A DNA stretch of 32,000 bases from Halorhodospira halophila SL1 (lineage in GTDB: Bacteria > Pseudomonadota > Gammaproteobacteria > Nitrococcales > Halorhodospiraceae): positions 960,001-992,000 of the forward strand of contig NC_008789.1 in NCBI RefSeq assembly GCF_000015585.1. The letters are read 5' to 3'. The notes under the pieces are model-generated. The model made no database searches and was not told where the DNA came from. It worked only from the letters and a program-made list of their open reading frames with translations. Each line of letters opens with the position of its first letter. Position 1 is the first letter of the stretch. Shown here piece after piece: positions 1-7,479 of this stretch. The position numbers and the translations under genes are program-made.

Positions 1-1
1 C

Positions 2-274
2 CGCGGCATCATGAATCCGAGCGCGATCGTCGCCGTGGGCCTGGGGATCTGGATGCTGGTGCTGTTTCCGCAGTTGCTCAACGAGGGCTGGATGCTGACC
101 AAGTTGGCCCTGGTCACCCTGCTGATCGCCTACCACCTCTACTGCGGTCAGCTGCTGCAGGCCTTCGCCGACGACCGCAACGAGCGCAGCCACGTCTGGT
201 ATCGGGTGTTCAACGAGCTGCCGGTGCTGGTCCTGATCTCGGTGGTGATCCTCGCCGTGGTCAAGCCTTTCTAG
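2..274 (+). CDS. hemJ: HemJ-like (UPF0093 family) membrane protein, C-terminal part; the 5' end lies outside the window
   Basis: The frame is open from nt 2 with no upstream stop, and TAG is at 272-274. The hydrophobic segments (VAVGLGIWMLVLFP, LTKLALVTLLIAYHLYCG, LPVLVLISVVILAVVKPF) resemble the C-terminal half of HemJ-type protoporphyrinogen oxidase-like proteins. Recognised from memory of the family, not by search. Confidence 0.6.
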   Translation, partial: RGIMNPSAIVAVGLGIWMLVLFPQLLNEGWMLTKLALVTLLIAYHLYCGQLLQAFADDRNERSHVWYRVFNELPVLVLISVVILAVVKPF

Positions 275-288
275 CATCCGCCCCAAGC

Positions 289-327
289 GTACGGGACCCC
301 GCCGGCAGCGCCGGCGGGGTCCCGTAC
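289..327. terminator. Perfect 18-bp-stem, 3-nt-loop GC-rich hairpin between convergent hemJ and bfr (candidate bidirectional terminator)
   Basis: gtacgggaccccgccggc (289-306), agc loop, gccggcggggtcccgtac (310-327) is an exact reverse complement. It lies in the 78-bp gap between two convergent stop codons. There is no U-tract on either side. Confidence 0.6.
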
Positions 328-352
328 AGCGGCGATCCTGGAAGCCGTGGGC

Positions 353-859
353 TCAGCTTTCGCTTTCGCCTTCACCCTCGCCTTCATTGGCCGCAACCAT
401 CTGCATCTGCAGGTAGTTGGCCTCACCGAGCTGATCGATCAGCTTGATCTGCGTCTCGAGCCAGTCGGCGTGGCCCTCCTCGTCGGCGATCAGGCGGGTG
501 AACAGGTCCCGCGAGGCATAGTCCTGCACCGACTCACAGTAGGCCGCAGCCTCCCGGTAATAGGCCAGGCTGTCGTGCTCACCGGCCAGGTCCGCCTCGA
601 GCATCTCGCGCACGTTCTCGCCAACCTTGAGCTTTTCCAGCTCCTGGAGGTTGGGCAGACCACCGAGGAAGAGGATGCGCTGCATGAACTGATCGGCGTG
701 CTGCATCTCCTCGATGGACTCTTCGTACTCCTTGGCGCCAAGCTTGTCGAAGCCCCAATCGTAGGCCAGCCGGGAGTGGAGGAAGTACTGGTTGATCGCG
801 GTGAGCTCCTTCTTGAGCCCGCCGTTGAGGTATTCGATGACCTTCTTGTCGCTCGCCAT
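353..859 (-). CDS. bfr: Bacterioferritin
   Basis: 168 aa, closely colinear by eye with E. coli Bfr: VIEYLN..ELTAINQYFLH, EYEESIEEMQHAD (heme Met context), LFLGGLPNLQ, IADEEGHADWLETQ. RBS AAGGGGG lies upstream of the ATG. It carries an unusual acidic tail, NEGEGEGESES. Confidence 0.95.
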   Translation of the reverse strand: MASDKKVIEYLNGGLKKELTAINQYFLHSRLAYDWGFDKLGAKEYEESIEEMQHADQFMQRILFLGGLPNLQELEKLKVGENVREMLEADLAGEHDSLAYYREAAAYCESVQDYASRDLFTRLIADEEGHADWLETQIKLIDQLGEANYLQMQMVAANEGEGEGESES

Positions 860-907
860 TGCGCCCCCTTTGATGAACGCGTTCCTGAGTGTCCAGTGGT
901 GATTCTA

Positions 908-1180
908 TCAGGGCCCGCGCACCGCGTCTGTCGCCCCTCCGGCCGCCGTCCCGACCCCGGGCGACTCAACGGGGACCGGTTCCGGACCGGCCGCATCGGG
1001 CCGGCGCTCCAGTGGGCACCCGGCACATTCGCCGAGGAGTTGCCGGGCCTCCGGGACGCACTTCCCACAGCAACCGGCCACGCCCAGCCGGGCGCGCAGC
1101 TCGCGCATGGAGGCGCAGCCACTGGCCATGGCCTCGCGGATCTGCCGGTCGGTTACGGCGTTACAGATGCAGACGTACAT
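908..1180 (-). CDS. bfd: Bacterioferritin-associated ferredoxin (BFD-like [2Fe-2S] protein)
   Basis: 90 aa. MYVCICNAVTD...GVAGCCGKCV is the C-x-C ... C-x2-C Bfd signature. It sits directly upstream of bfr, as in many proteobacteria. It has a ~35-aa Pro/Gly/Ala-rich C-terminal extension. Confidence 0.85.
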   Translation of the reverse strand: MYVCICNAVTDRQIREAMASGCASMRELRARLGVAGCCGKCVPEARQLLGECAGCPLERRPDAAGPEPVPVESPGVGTAAGGATDAVRGP

Positions 1181-1190
1181 GGCAGGCCCC

Positions 1191-1239
1191 GATCATCACG
1201 ACTGATCACCATCAAACCTTGAACGCGAGTGATTGTCAA
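1191..1239 (-). promoter_or_regulatory. Candidate sigma70 promoter of bfd with an overlapping Fur-box-like GAT-repeat
   Basis: On the minus strand: TTGACA (1239-1234), a 17-nt spacer, then TTTGAT (1216-1211). The stretch gatggtgatcagtcgtgatgatc (1213-1191) has GAT(n)AT-type hexamer character, covering the -10 and the predicted start site. The match to the 19-bp Fur consensus is only partial by eye. Confidence 0.3.
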
Positions 1240-1249
1240 TTGCGAGCGA

Positions 1250-3520
1250 TTACTTGCCCGCCCGCATGAGGCCGCCGAGCTCGTACTCCTCCAGGGTACG
1301 GCGGAGCATGCGGCGCACCTCCTCGGGGGAGTCCATCTCGACGGCCCGGTTGGCCAGCTCGGCGGCGCGCCGGACGGGCACGCGGCGCACCACCCACTTG
1401 ATGCGCAGCAGGCTCGAGACGCTCATCGATAACCCTTCGATGCCGAAGCCCATGAGCAGGATGGCCCCGGCCGGATCGCCGGCCATGCCGCCGCAGACGG
1501 TCAGACGTTTGCCGTGGCGCCGCGCCGCCTGGGCCACGTGCTGCACCGCGCCGAGCACGGCCGGGTGCAGCTCGTCGTAGAGCCCGGCCACGCGGCTGTT
1601 GTTGCGATCCACAGCCAGCAGGTACTGGGTCAGGTCGTTGGAGCCGAGGGAGAGGAAGTCGGCCTGATCGCAGTAGCGATCGATCTGGTAGATGGTGGCA
1701 GGCACCTCGATCATCACGCCCAGGGGCGGGATGCGCGCCTGGATGCCCTCCTCGGCCAGCTCCTGGCGGGCGCGCAGCAACAGCCGACGCACGTCGGCGA
1801 TCTCCTCCAGGCGACTGACCATGGGCAGGAGGATCTGCAGATTCCCCAGGCCAACGTCGGCGCGCAGCATGGCGCGCAGCTGGGTGAGGAAGATCTCCGG
1901 GTGGTCCAGGGTCAGGCGGATCCCCCGCCAACCGAGGAAGGGGTTCTCTTCCTCGATGGGGAAGTAGGCCAGCGACTTGTCGCCGCCGACATCCAGGGTA
2001 CGCAGGGTGACGGGCTTCGGTGCGAACTGCTCCAGCACCCGGCGGTAGAGGTCAGCCTGCTCCTCTTCGCCCGGGAAGCGGTCACGGATCAGGAACGGGA
2101 ACTCGGTGCGGTGCAGCCCGATGCCGTCACAACCGGCCGCCAGCGACAGATTGATATCGGAGATCAGGCCGGTGTTGGCGTAGAGGGCCAGGTTGCGGCC
2201 GTCGGGGCTGATCGCCGGCTCGTCGCGCACCGCCTCGAGCCCTTCGGTGAACTCCGCCTCGTCGCGGATCAGGCGCTGATACTCCTGCTCCACGGTCTCC
2301 GTGGGATCGACGTAGAAGCGCCCCGCGTAGCCGTCGACCACCACCGGCCGGCCGTCCATCTTCCGGGTCCGCAGGTCGTCCACCCCCATCACCGCCGGGA
2401 TACCCAGGGCGCGGGCGAGGATGGCCACGTGGGAGTTGCGCGAACCGGTCGCCGAGACAACACCGACCAGCCGATCACTGGGGATCTCGGCCAGTTGCGA
2501 GGCGCTGACCTCGTGGCCGACCAACACGGCCTTCTCGGGCAGGTCCTCCACCCGTCCGCCCTCATCGCGCAGGCGCCCGAGGATCCGCCGCCCAAGGTCG
2601 CGGATGTCGCTGGCCCGCTCGCGCAGGTAGGGGTCGTCCATGTTCTCGAAGACCTGCACGTGCTCCCCGATGACCTGGCGCAACGCGCCGGGCGCCCAGT
2701 TGCCGGCGCGGATGCGCTCGACGGTCTCGCTGACCAGGCTATCGCCTTCGAGCATGCGCAGATAGACATCGAAGAGCATCTGCTCGTCGGCGCTGACCGA
2801 GCCGGAGATCTGCTGGCCGAGCTGGCGCAGCTCGGCGGTGACCTGGTCGACGGCGGCCTCGAAGGTCGCCACCTCGGCCTCGGGGTCGGCGGCCGTACGA
2901 TCGGGGATGGCGTTGAGGTCCGACTGGGCATAGGGGACCACCGCCGTGCCGATGGCCACCCCCGGGGCCCCGGGCAGACCGCGCAGGGCGCGACTGTCCC
3001 CGGCCACCGGCTCGTCGCCGATGTCGTGGATCCCGCCGCTGGCCCGGGCGTGGGCGATCGCCCCGGCCAGCTGCGCCGCCAGGGTGACCAGGAAGGCGAC
3101 CTCGTTCTCCTCGAAGCGGCGCTCTTCGGCCTGCTGGACCACCAGCACACCGAGCACCGAGCGGTAGTGGATGATGGGCACCCCGAGAAAGGAGGAGTAG
3201 CGCTCCTCGCCGGTCTCGGGGAAGTAGCGAAACCGCGAGTGCGCCGGGGCGTTCTTGAGGTTGATCGGCTCCTCGCGCTCGGCCACCAGGCCCACCAGCC
3301 CCTCGGCGGAGGTCAGGCGTACGCGGCCCACCGACTCGGTGTTCAGGCCACGGGTGTCCATGAGGACGAAGTCGCCCTGGGTGGCGTCGAGGAGGTACAC
3401 CGAGCAGACATCCACCGCCATGGCATCGGCGACCCGCTCGACGATGATCCGCAGCCCCTGGCGCAGGTTCGGGGCGGCGTTCACTTCTCGGGAGACGCGG
3501 TGGAGGATTTCGAGCATCAA
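1250..3520 (-). CDS. ptsP: Phosphoenolpyruvate-protein phosphotransferase PtsP (EI-Ntr) with N-terminal GAF domain
   Basis: 756 aa. The N-terminal GAF-like region (VDVCSVYLLD...) is followed by PEP-utilising enzyme motifs: GSRNSHVAILARALGIPAV (catalytic His) and SLGSNDLTQY. It is coupled 8 nt downstream of rppH, the conserved rppH-ptsP pair. Confidence 0.95.
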   Translation of the reverse strand: MMLEILHRVSREVNAAPNLRQGLRIIVERVADAMAVDVCSVYLLDATQGDFVLMDTRGLNTESVGRVRLTSAEGLVGLVAEREEPINLKNAPAHSRFRYFPETGEERYSSFLGVPIIHYRSVLGVLVVQQAEERRFEENEVAFLVTLAAQLAGAIAHARASGGIHDIGDEPVAGDSRALRGLPGAPGVAIGTAVVPYAQSDLNAIPDRTAADPEAEVATFEAAVDQVTAELRQLGQQISGSVSADEQMLFDVYLRMLEGDSLVSETVERIRAGNWAPGALRQVIGEHVQVFENMDDPYLRERASDIRDLGRRILGRLRDEGGRVEDLPEKAVLVGHEVSASQLAEIPSDRLVGVVSATGSRNSHVAILARALGIPAVMGVDDLRTRKMDGRPVVVDGYAGRFYVDPTETVEQEYQRLIRDEAEFTEGLEAVRDEPAISPDGRNLALYANTGLISDINLSLAAGCDGIGLHRTEFPFLIRDRFPGEEEQADLYRRVLEQFAPKPVTLRTLDVGGDKSLAYFPIEEENPFLGWRGIRLTLDHPEIFLTQLRAMLRADVGLGNLQILLPMVSRLEEIADVRRLLLRARQELAEEGIQARIPPLGVMIEVPATIYQIDRYCDQADFLSLGSNDLTQYLLAVDRNNSRVAGLYDELHPAVLGAVQHVAQAARRHGKRLTVCGGMAGDPAGAILLMGFGIEGLSMSVSSLLRIKWVVRRVPVRRAAELANRAVEMDSPEEVRRMLRRTLEEYELGGLMRAGK

Positions 3521-3528
3521 GCCCCGCC

Positions 3529-4074
3529 CTATCGCAATCGGCGCCGAGCCGCCGGCGGGATGACCGCAGCGGGGCCACCCTCGGTGCCGGTGCCGGCCCA
3601 GTCATCGGCCTGCAGATAGCCGGAGAGTTCCTGCAGCGCCTGGCGGTACACCTGGCGCTTGAAAAAGATGACCTCTTCGACCGGATACCAGTAGTCGACC
3701 CACCGCCAGCGGTCAAACTCGGGGCGCGCCACCCGGTCGACGCGCACCCGCTGCTCGTCGGCGAGCAGGCGCAGCAGGAACCAGATCTGCTTCTGGCCGA
3801 TGCACCGGCTGCCTCGGCGACGGATCATGCGGCGGGGCAGGCGGTAACGCAGCCAGCGGCGCGTGGCGCCGAGGACGGCCACGTCGGCGGGCCCGAGGCC
3901 CACTTCCTCGCGCAGCTCGCGGTAGAGCGCCTCCAGCGGGGTCTCGTTGGCCTCGACCCCGCCCTGGGGAAACTGCCAGGCGTCTTCTCCGGCCCGCCGA
4001 GCCCACAGCACCCGCCCGTCGTCGTTGGCGACGATGATGCCGACATTGGGCCGAAAGCCGTCTGAATCGACCAC
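3529..4074 (-). CDS. rppH: RNA pyrophosphohydrolase (Nudix)
   Basis: 181 aa. [10 protein letters not shown]....WQFPQGGV...[16 protein letters not shown] is the Nudix box in RppH/NudH context. GTG start with GGGAGG upstream. Confidence 0.95.
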   Translation of the reverse strand: MVDSDGFRPNVGIIVANDDGRVLWARRAGEDAWQFPQGGVEANETPLEALYRELREEVGLGPADVAVLGATRRWLRYRLPRRMIRRRGSRCIGQKQIWFLLRLLADEQRVRVDRVARPEFDRWRWVDYWYPVEEVIFFKRQVYRQALQELSGYLQADDWAGTGTEGGPAAVIPPAARRRLR

Positions 4075-4197
4075 CCGGAGACGCCTCCCTACGCAGAAAA
4101 AGCCGATGTTATTCTTTCACAGTGGGCGCAACCTGGGCAACGTTGCCGCAGCGCCAGGCCGCCCCCCTTCCCATCCTCGACAACCGAAGGAGGTGCA

Positions 4198-4881
4198 GTG
4201 TCCGTCGCCCTGTTCGACCTGGATAACACCCTGATCGCCGGAGACAGTGACAGCCTGTGGGGCGAGTACCTGGTGGCTTGCGGGGCCGTCGATAGCGAGG
4301 CCTTCGCCGAGACCCATCGGCGCTTCCACCAGGACTACATCGAGGGGCGACTGGATATCGACGCCTTCCTCGCCTTCGCCCTCAGCCCGCTGGCCCAGCA
4401 CCCGGAAGAGCAGCTCCACGCCTGGCGGGCCGACTTCACGCGCGACTGGATCGAGCCCCTGGTGCTGCCCGCCGCCGAGGCGCTCCTGGAGGAGCACCGC
4501 CGTGCCGGGCACCACCTGGCCATCGTCACCGCCACCAACCGCTTCGTCACCGCCCCCATCGCCGAACGGCTGGACGTGGGCACCCTGCTGGCCACTGAAC
4601 CGGAGCGGCGGGACGGCCGCTACACCGGCCGCCACACCGGCACGCCGACCTTCCGCGAGGGCAAGATCCGGGTGGTCGAGGCCTGGCTGCGCGAGCACGG
4701 CCTGGAGCAGGCCGAGAAGTGGTTCTACAGCGACTCGCTCAACGACCTGCCCCTGCTGCGCCACGTCGAGCACCCGGTGGCCGTGGACCCCGACGACACC
4801 CTGCGCGCCGAGGCGCGCCGCAACGGCTGGCCGGTGCTGACCCTGCGCCAGGCGGAGACCCCCGAGTGCTGCTCGGCCTGA
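4198..4881 (+). CDS. HAD-IB family hydrolase (SerB-like phosphatase superfamily)
   Basis: 227 aa. HAD motif I (FDLDNTLI) is at the N-terminus, motif II-like is IVTATN, and motif IV-like is YSDSLNDLPLL. AAGGAGG lies upstream of the GTG start. It is divergent from rppH. Confidence 0.85.
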   Translation: MSVALFDLDNTLIAGDSDSLWGEYLVACGAVDSEAFAETHRRFHQDYIEGRLDIDAFLAFALSPLAQHPEEQLHAWRADFTRDWIEPLVLPAAEALLEEHRRAGHHLAIVTATNRFVTAPIAERLDVGTLLATEPERRDGRYTGRHTGTPTFREGKIRVVEAWLREHGLEQAEKWFYSDSLNDLPLLRHVEHPVAVDPDDTLRAEARRNGWPVLTLRQAETPECCSA

Positions 4882-5237
4882 CCCTGCTGCTCGGTTTCCA
4901 GCTGCTCGGCGAGGTGCTCGCCCGGCTGTTCGGCCTGCCACTGCCCGGTCCGGTGATCGGCCTGGCCCTGCTCTTCGCCACGCTGATTGCCGTCGGTCGG
5001 GTCCCCACCGGGCTGCGCACCGCCGCCGAGGGCCTGCTGCGCTACCTGGCCCTGCTGCTGATCCCCGCCGGGGTGGGCATCCTCCTGCACCTGCCGCGCC
5101 TGCAGGAAGACGCGCTGGCCATCGTCGCCGCCCTGGTGGTGAGCACCGGGGTGGCGCTGGCGGTGACCGCCGTCCTGTTCCAGTGGCGGTGGCTGCGGCG
5201 CGGGCGCAGTGCCAAGGCGGAGGACGACGATGACTGA
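4866..5237 (+). CDS. CidA/LrgA family membrane protein
   Basis: The track ORF 4719-5237 is over-extended. The in-frame GTG at 4866 (GGAGA 9 nt upstream) gives 123 aa with four hydrophobic helices (LLGLTLLLGFQLLGEVLARLFGLPLPGPVIGLALLF...LLLIPAGVGI), typical of LrgA/YohJ. It overlaps the HAD gene end by 16 nt. Confidence 0.8.
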   Translation: MLLGLTLLLGFQLLGEVLARLFGLPLPGPVIGLALLFATLIAVGRVPTGLRTAAEGLLRYLALLLIPAGVGILLHLPRLQEDALAIVAALVVSTGVALAVTAVLFQWRWLRRGRSAKAEDDDD

Positions 5238-5961
5238 GGAGTTTCAGGACATCTGGGCCTTCCTGGCCGAGAGCCCGCTGCTGGGGCTGACCATCACCCT
5301 GGTGGCCTTCCTGATCGGTCAGGCGGTCTGGCGAAGACTCAACAACGCGCCGCTGGCCCACCCGGTGCTGATCGCCACGGCCCTGCTCATCCCCTTCCTA
5401 CTGCTCACCGGCACGGACTACGACACCTATTTCGAGGGGGCGCAGTTCATCCACTTCCTGCTCGGCCCGGCCACCGTGGCCCTGGCCGTGCCGCTGTTCG
5501 ATCAGCTGCCACGCATCCGGCAGCTGCTGCTGCCGATCACCGTCTCGGTGGTGGCCGGCAGCCTGGCGGCGGCGCTCTCGGCGGTGTGGGTGGGGGCGGC
5601 GCTGGGCGCCTCGCGGGAGACCCTGCTGTCGCTGGCGCCGAAGTCGGTCACCTCGCCGATCGCCATGGGCATCGCCGAGCGCCTGGGCGGGCTGCCGTCG
5701 CTGACCGCCGGCCTGGTACTGATCACCGGGGCCCTGGGCTGCCTGATGGCCCCGCTGGTCTTCCGGCTGCTGCGCATCCGGGACGAGGCCGCCCGCGGGC
5801 TGGCCCTGGGGCTGTCCGCCCACGGCTTTGGCACCGTCCAGGCGTTCAGCAGCAGCGCCGCCGCCGGCGCCTTCGCCGGCCTGGGCCTGGGGCTGGCCGG
5901 GCTGGTGACCGCCTTCCTGCTGCCGGTGGTCCTGCCCTGGCTGGGCTCACTCGGCGGCTGA
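5230..5961 (+). CDS. LrgB/CidB family membrane protein
   Basis: The ATG at 5230 forms an ATGA-type overlap with the lrgA-like stop. The 243-aa polytopic protein has LrgB-like motifs (LLGPATVALAVPLF, PKSVTSPIAMGIAE, GLSAHGFGT). Confidence 0.85.
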   Translation: MTEEFQDIWAFLAESPLLGLTITLVAFLIGQAVWRRLNNAPLAHPVLIATALLIPFLLLTGTDYDTYFEGAQFIHFLLGPATVALAVPLFDQLPRIRQLLLPITVSVVAGSLAAALSAVWVGAALGASRETLLSLAPKSVTSPIAMGIAERLGGLPSLTAGLVLITGALGCLMAPLVFRLLRIRDEAARGLALGLSAHGFGTVQAFSSSAAAGAFAGLGLGLAGLVTAFLLPVVLPWLGSLGG

Positions 5962-7479
5962 CCCGCCGACCCGCCGCCGGCGATACCACCGCAACCCTCC
6001 GGGCAGCAGCAGCGCAGCGGCCAGCAGTCCCAGCAGGGGACCGTCGCCGATGCGGGCGTAGGGGGTGGTGCCGCTGCGGCGCTCGACCTCGGTGGCGAGG
6101 GTGGCCACCTCGAACTGCGGTCGACGCTCGACCACCTCACCGTCGGGACCGATCACGGCGGTGATGCCGGTATTGGTCGCACGCAGCATCCAGCGCCCGG
6201 ACTCCGCAGCGCGCATGCGCGCCTTCTGCAGGTGCTGATGGGGCGCCAGGGAGTCACCGAACCAGGCGTCGTTGCTGACGTTGACCAGCAGGTCCACCTC
6301 TCCCGCCGTGCGCCGCACGGCCACCGGGTAGGCCACCTCGTAACAGATTGTGGCCCCGAGACGCAGGCGGTTGTCGACGGCCAGCGGCTCCGGCCGGGGC
6401 CCGCGGCTGTAGTCGGCCATCGGGGCGCCGAGGAAGTCGAGGCTGCGGCCGAAGAGGTCGCGGAACGGCACGTACTCGCCGTAGGGGACCAGATGACGCT
6501 TGTGGTAGACGTCACGCTCCTCGCCAAGGACGGCCACGCTGTTGTGCAGCTGACTGCCATCCGGGGCCCACTCCTGGTAGGGGATGCCGAGCACCAGGGT
6601 GCCGCCGGTCTCGCGGACCTGCTCGGCCACCTGCTCTAGATACGGCTGCACCGCATCGAAGCGGCGCGGGATGGCCGTCTCCGGCCAGATCACCAGGTCC
6701 GCCTCCGGGTGCTCGGCAGTCAGCTCGGCGTAGCGGGTCTGGATGCGCTGGAGCTCCGCCGGGTCCCACTTGAGGTCCTGACTGAAGTTGCCCTGGAGCA
6801 GCGCCGCACGCACCGGCTCGCCGTGGGCCTCGGTCCACGGCCGATCCGCCGCCACGCCGGCAGCCACCGCGGCCACCAGCAACGCCGCCACACTGGCCGC
6901 GCGCCGCCACCCCGGGGCCACCACCAGCCACGCCGCGGCCCCGGCCAGCAATACCAGCAGGGCGCTCAGGCCGAGCACGCCGATCACCGGCGCCAGGCCA
7001 GCCAGCGGGGTATCTAGGGCGGCGTAGCCGACAAACAGCCACGGGAAGCCGGTGAACAGCCAGGTGCGCAGCCACTCCACCGCCACCCACGCCGCTGGCA
7101 GAGTCACCAGCAGGCGCACCCCGGAGCAGCGCCCCAGCCCCCGTCCGAGCACCACCGCCAGTAGGGGGAAGAGGGCCAGGAAGGCCACGAAGAGCACGGT
7201 GACTCCCCCGGAGAGCACCGGACCGGCGCCGCCGTAATCGTTGATGCTGACAAAGACCCAGGAGACGCCGACCCCGAACTGGCCCAGCCCGAAGGCGTAG
7301 CCGGCCTGCAGGGCGCGCCGCCGTGGCGCCAGCGCCGCCACGGCGAAGAGCACGGCGGGGGACAGCACCGCCAGCACGGCCCAGCCCAGCGGGGCCAACG
7401 CCAGGGGCAGCAAACCCCCAGCCAGCCCGGCCGCGAGCACACCGGCACGCCCGGCGGCCAGGCGCTCAGCCGTCCTCAT
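5947..7479 (-). CDS. lnt: Apolipoprotein N-acyltransferase
   Basis: The N-terminal polytopic membrane region is followed by a C-N hydrolase (nitrilase-like) domain: LVIWPETA, HKRHLVPYGEYVP, ICYE, NDAWFG. The start is chosen at ATG 7479 (MRTAERL...), because the 563-aa track ORF runs back into corC. It overlaps the corC stop by 14 nt. Confidence 0.9.
   Translation of the reverse strand: MRTAERLAAGRAGVLAAGLAGGLLPLALAPLGWAVLAVLSPAVLFAVAALAPRRRALQAGYAFGLGQFGVGVSWVFVSINDYGGAGPVLSGGVTVLFVAFLALFPLLAVVLGRGLGRCSGVRLLVTLPAAWVAVEWLRTWLFTGFPWLFVGYAALDTPLAGLAPVIGVLGLSALLVLLAGAAAWLVVAPGWRRAASVAALLVAAVAAGVAADRPWTEAHGEPVRAALLQGNFSQDLKWDPAELQRIQTRYAELTAEHPEADLVIWPETAIPRRFDAVQPYLEQVAEQVRETGGTLVLGIPYQEWAPDGSQLHNSVAVLGEERDVYHKRHLVPYGEYVPFRDLFGRSLDFLGAPMADYSRGPRPEPLAVDNRLRLGATICYEVAYPVAVRRTAGEVDLLVNVSNDAWFGDSLAPHQHLQKARMRAAESGRWMLRATNTGITAVIGPDGEVVERRPQFEVATLATEVERRSGTTPYARIGDGPLLGLLAAALLLPGGLRWYRRRRVGGSAAE

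Noticed and set aside
1514-3619. 701-aa ORF antisense to ptsP
   Set aside because: It is a typical high-GC shadow ORF. Its Arg/Gly/Ala/Pro/His-rich, low-complexity translation has no recognisable motifs. The opposite strand encodes a full-length PtsP with clear catalytic motifs.
4117-5361. 414-aa minus-strand ORF across the HAD/lrgA/lrgB region. The same applies to other long antisense ORFs: 20011-21126, 29873-31027, 30997-31944, 13912-15063, 15378-16790 and 17541-18797.
   Set aside because: All lie opposite genes with strong family motifs and have the compositional look of GC-rich non-coding frames. None has a plausible RBS or a start-stop relationship with its neighbours.
4866-5961. The LrgA/LrgB pair as a phage holin/antiholin lysis cassette
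   Set aside because: There is no endolysin, spanin, or phage structural or integrase gene nearby. The pair is coupled to a HAD phosphatase in core-genome context, so a transporter role is more parsimonious.
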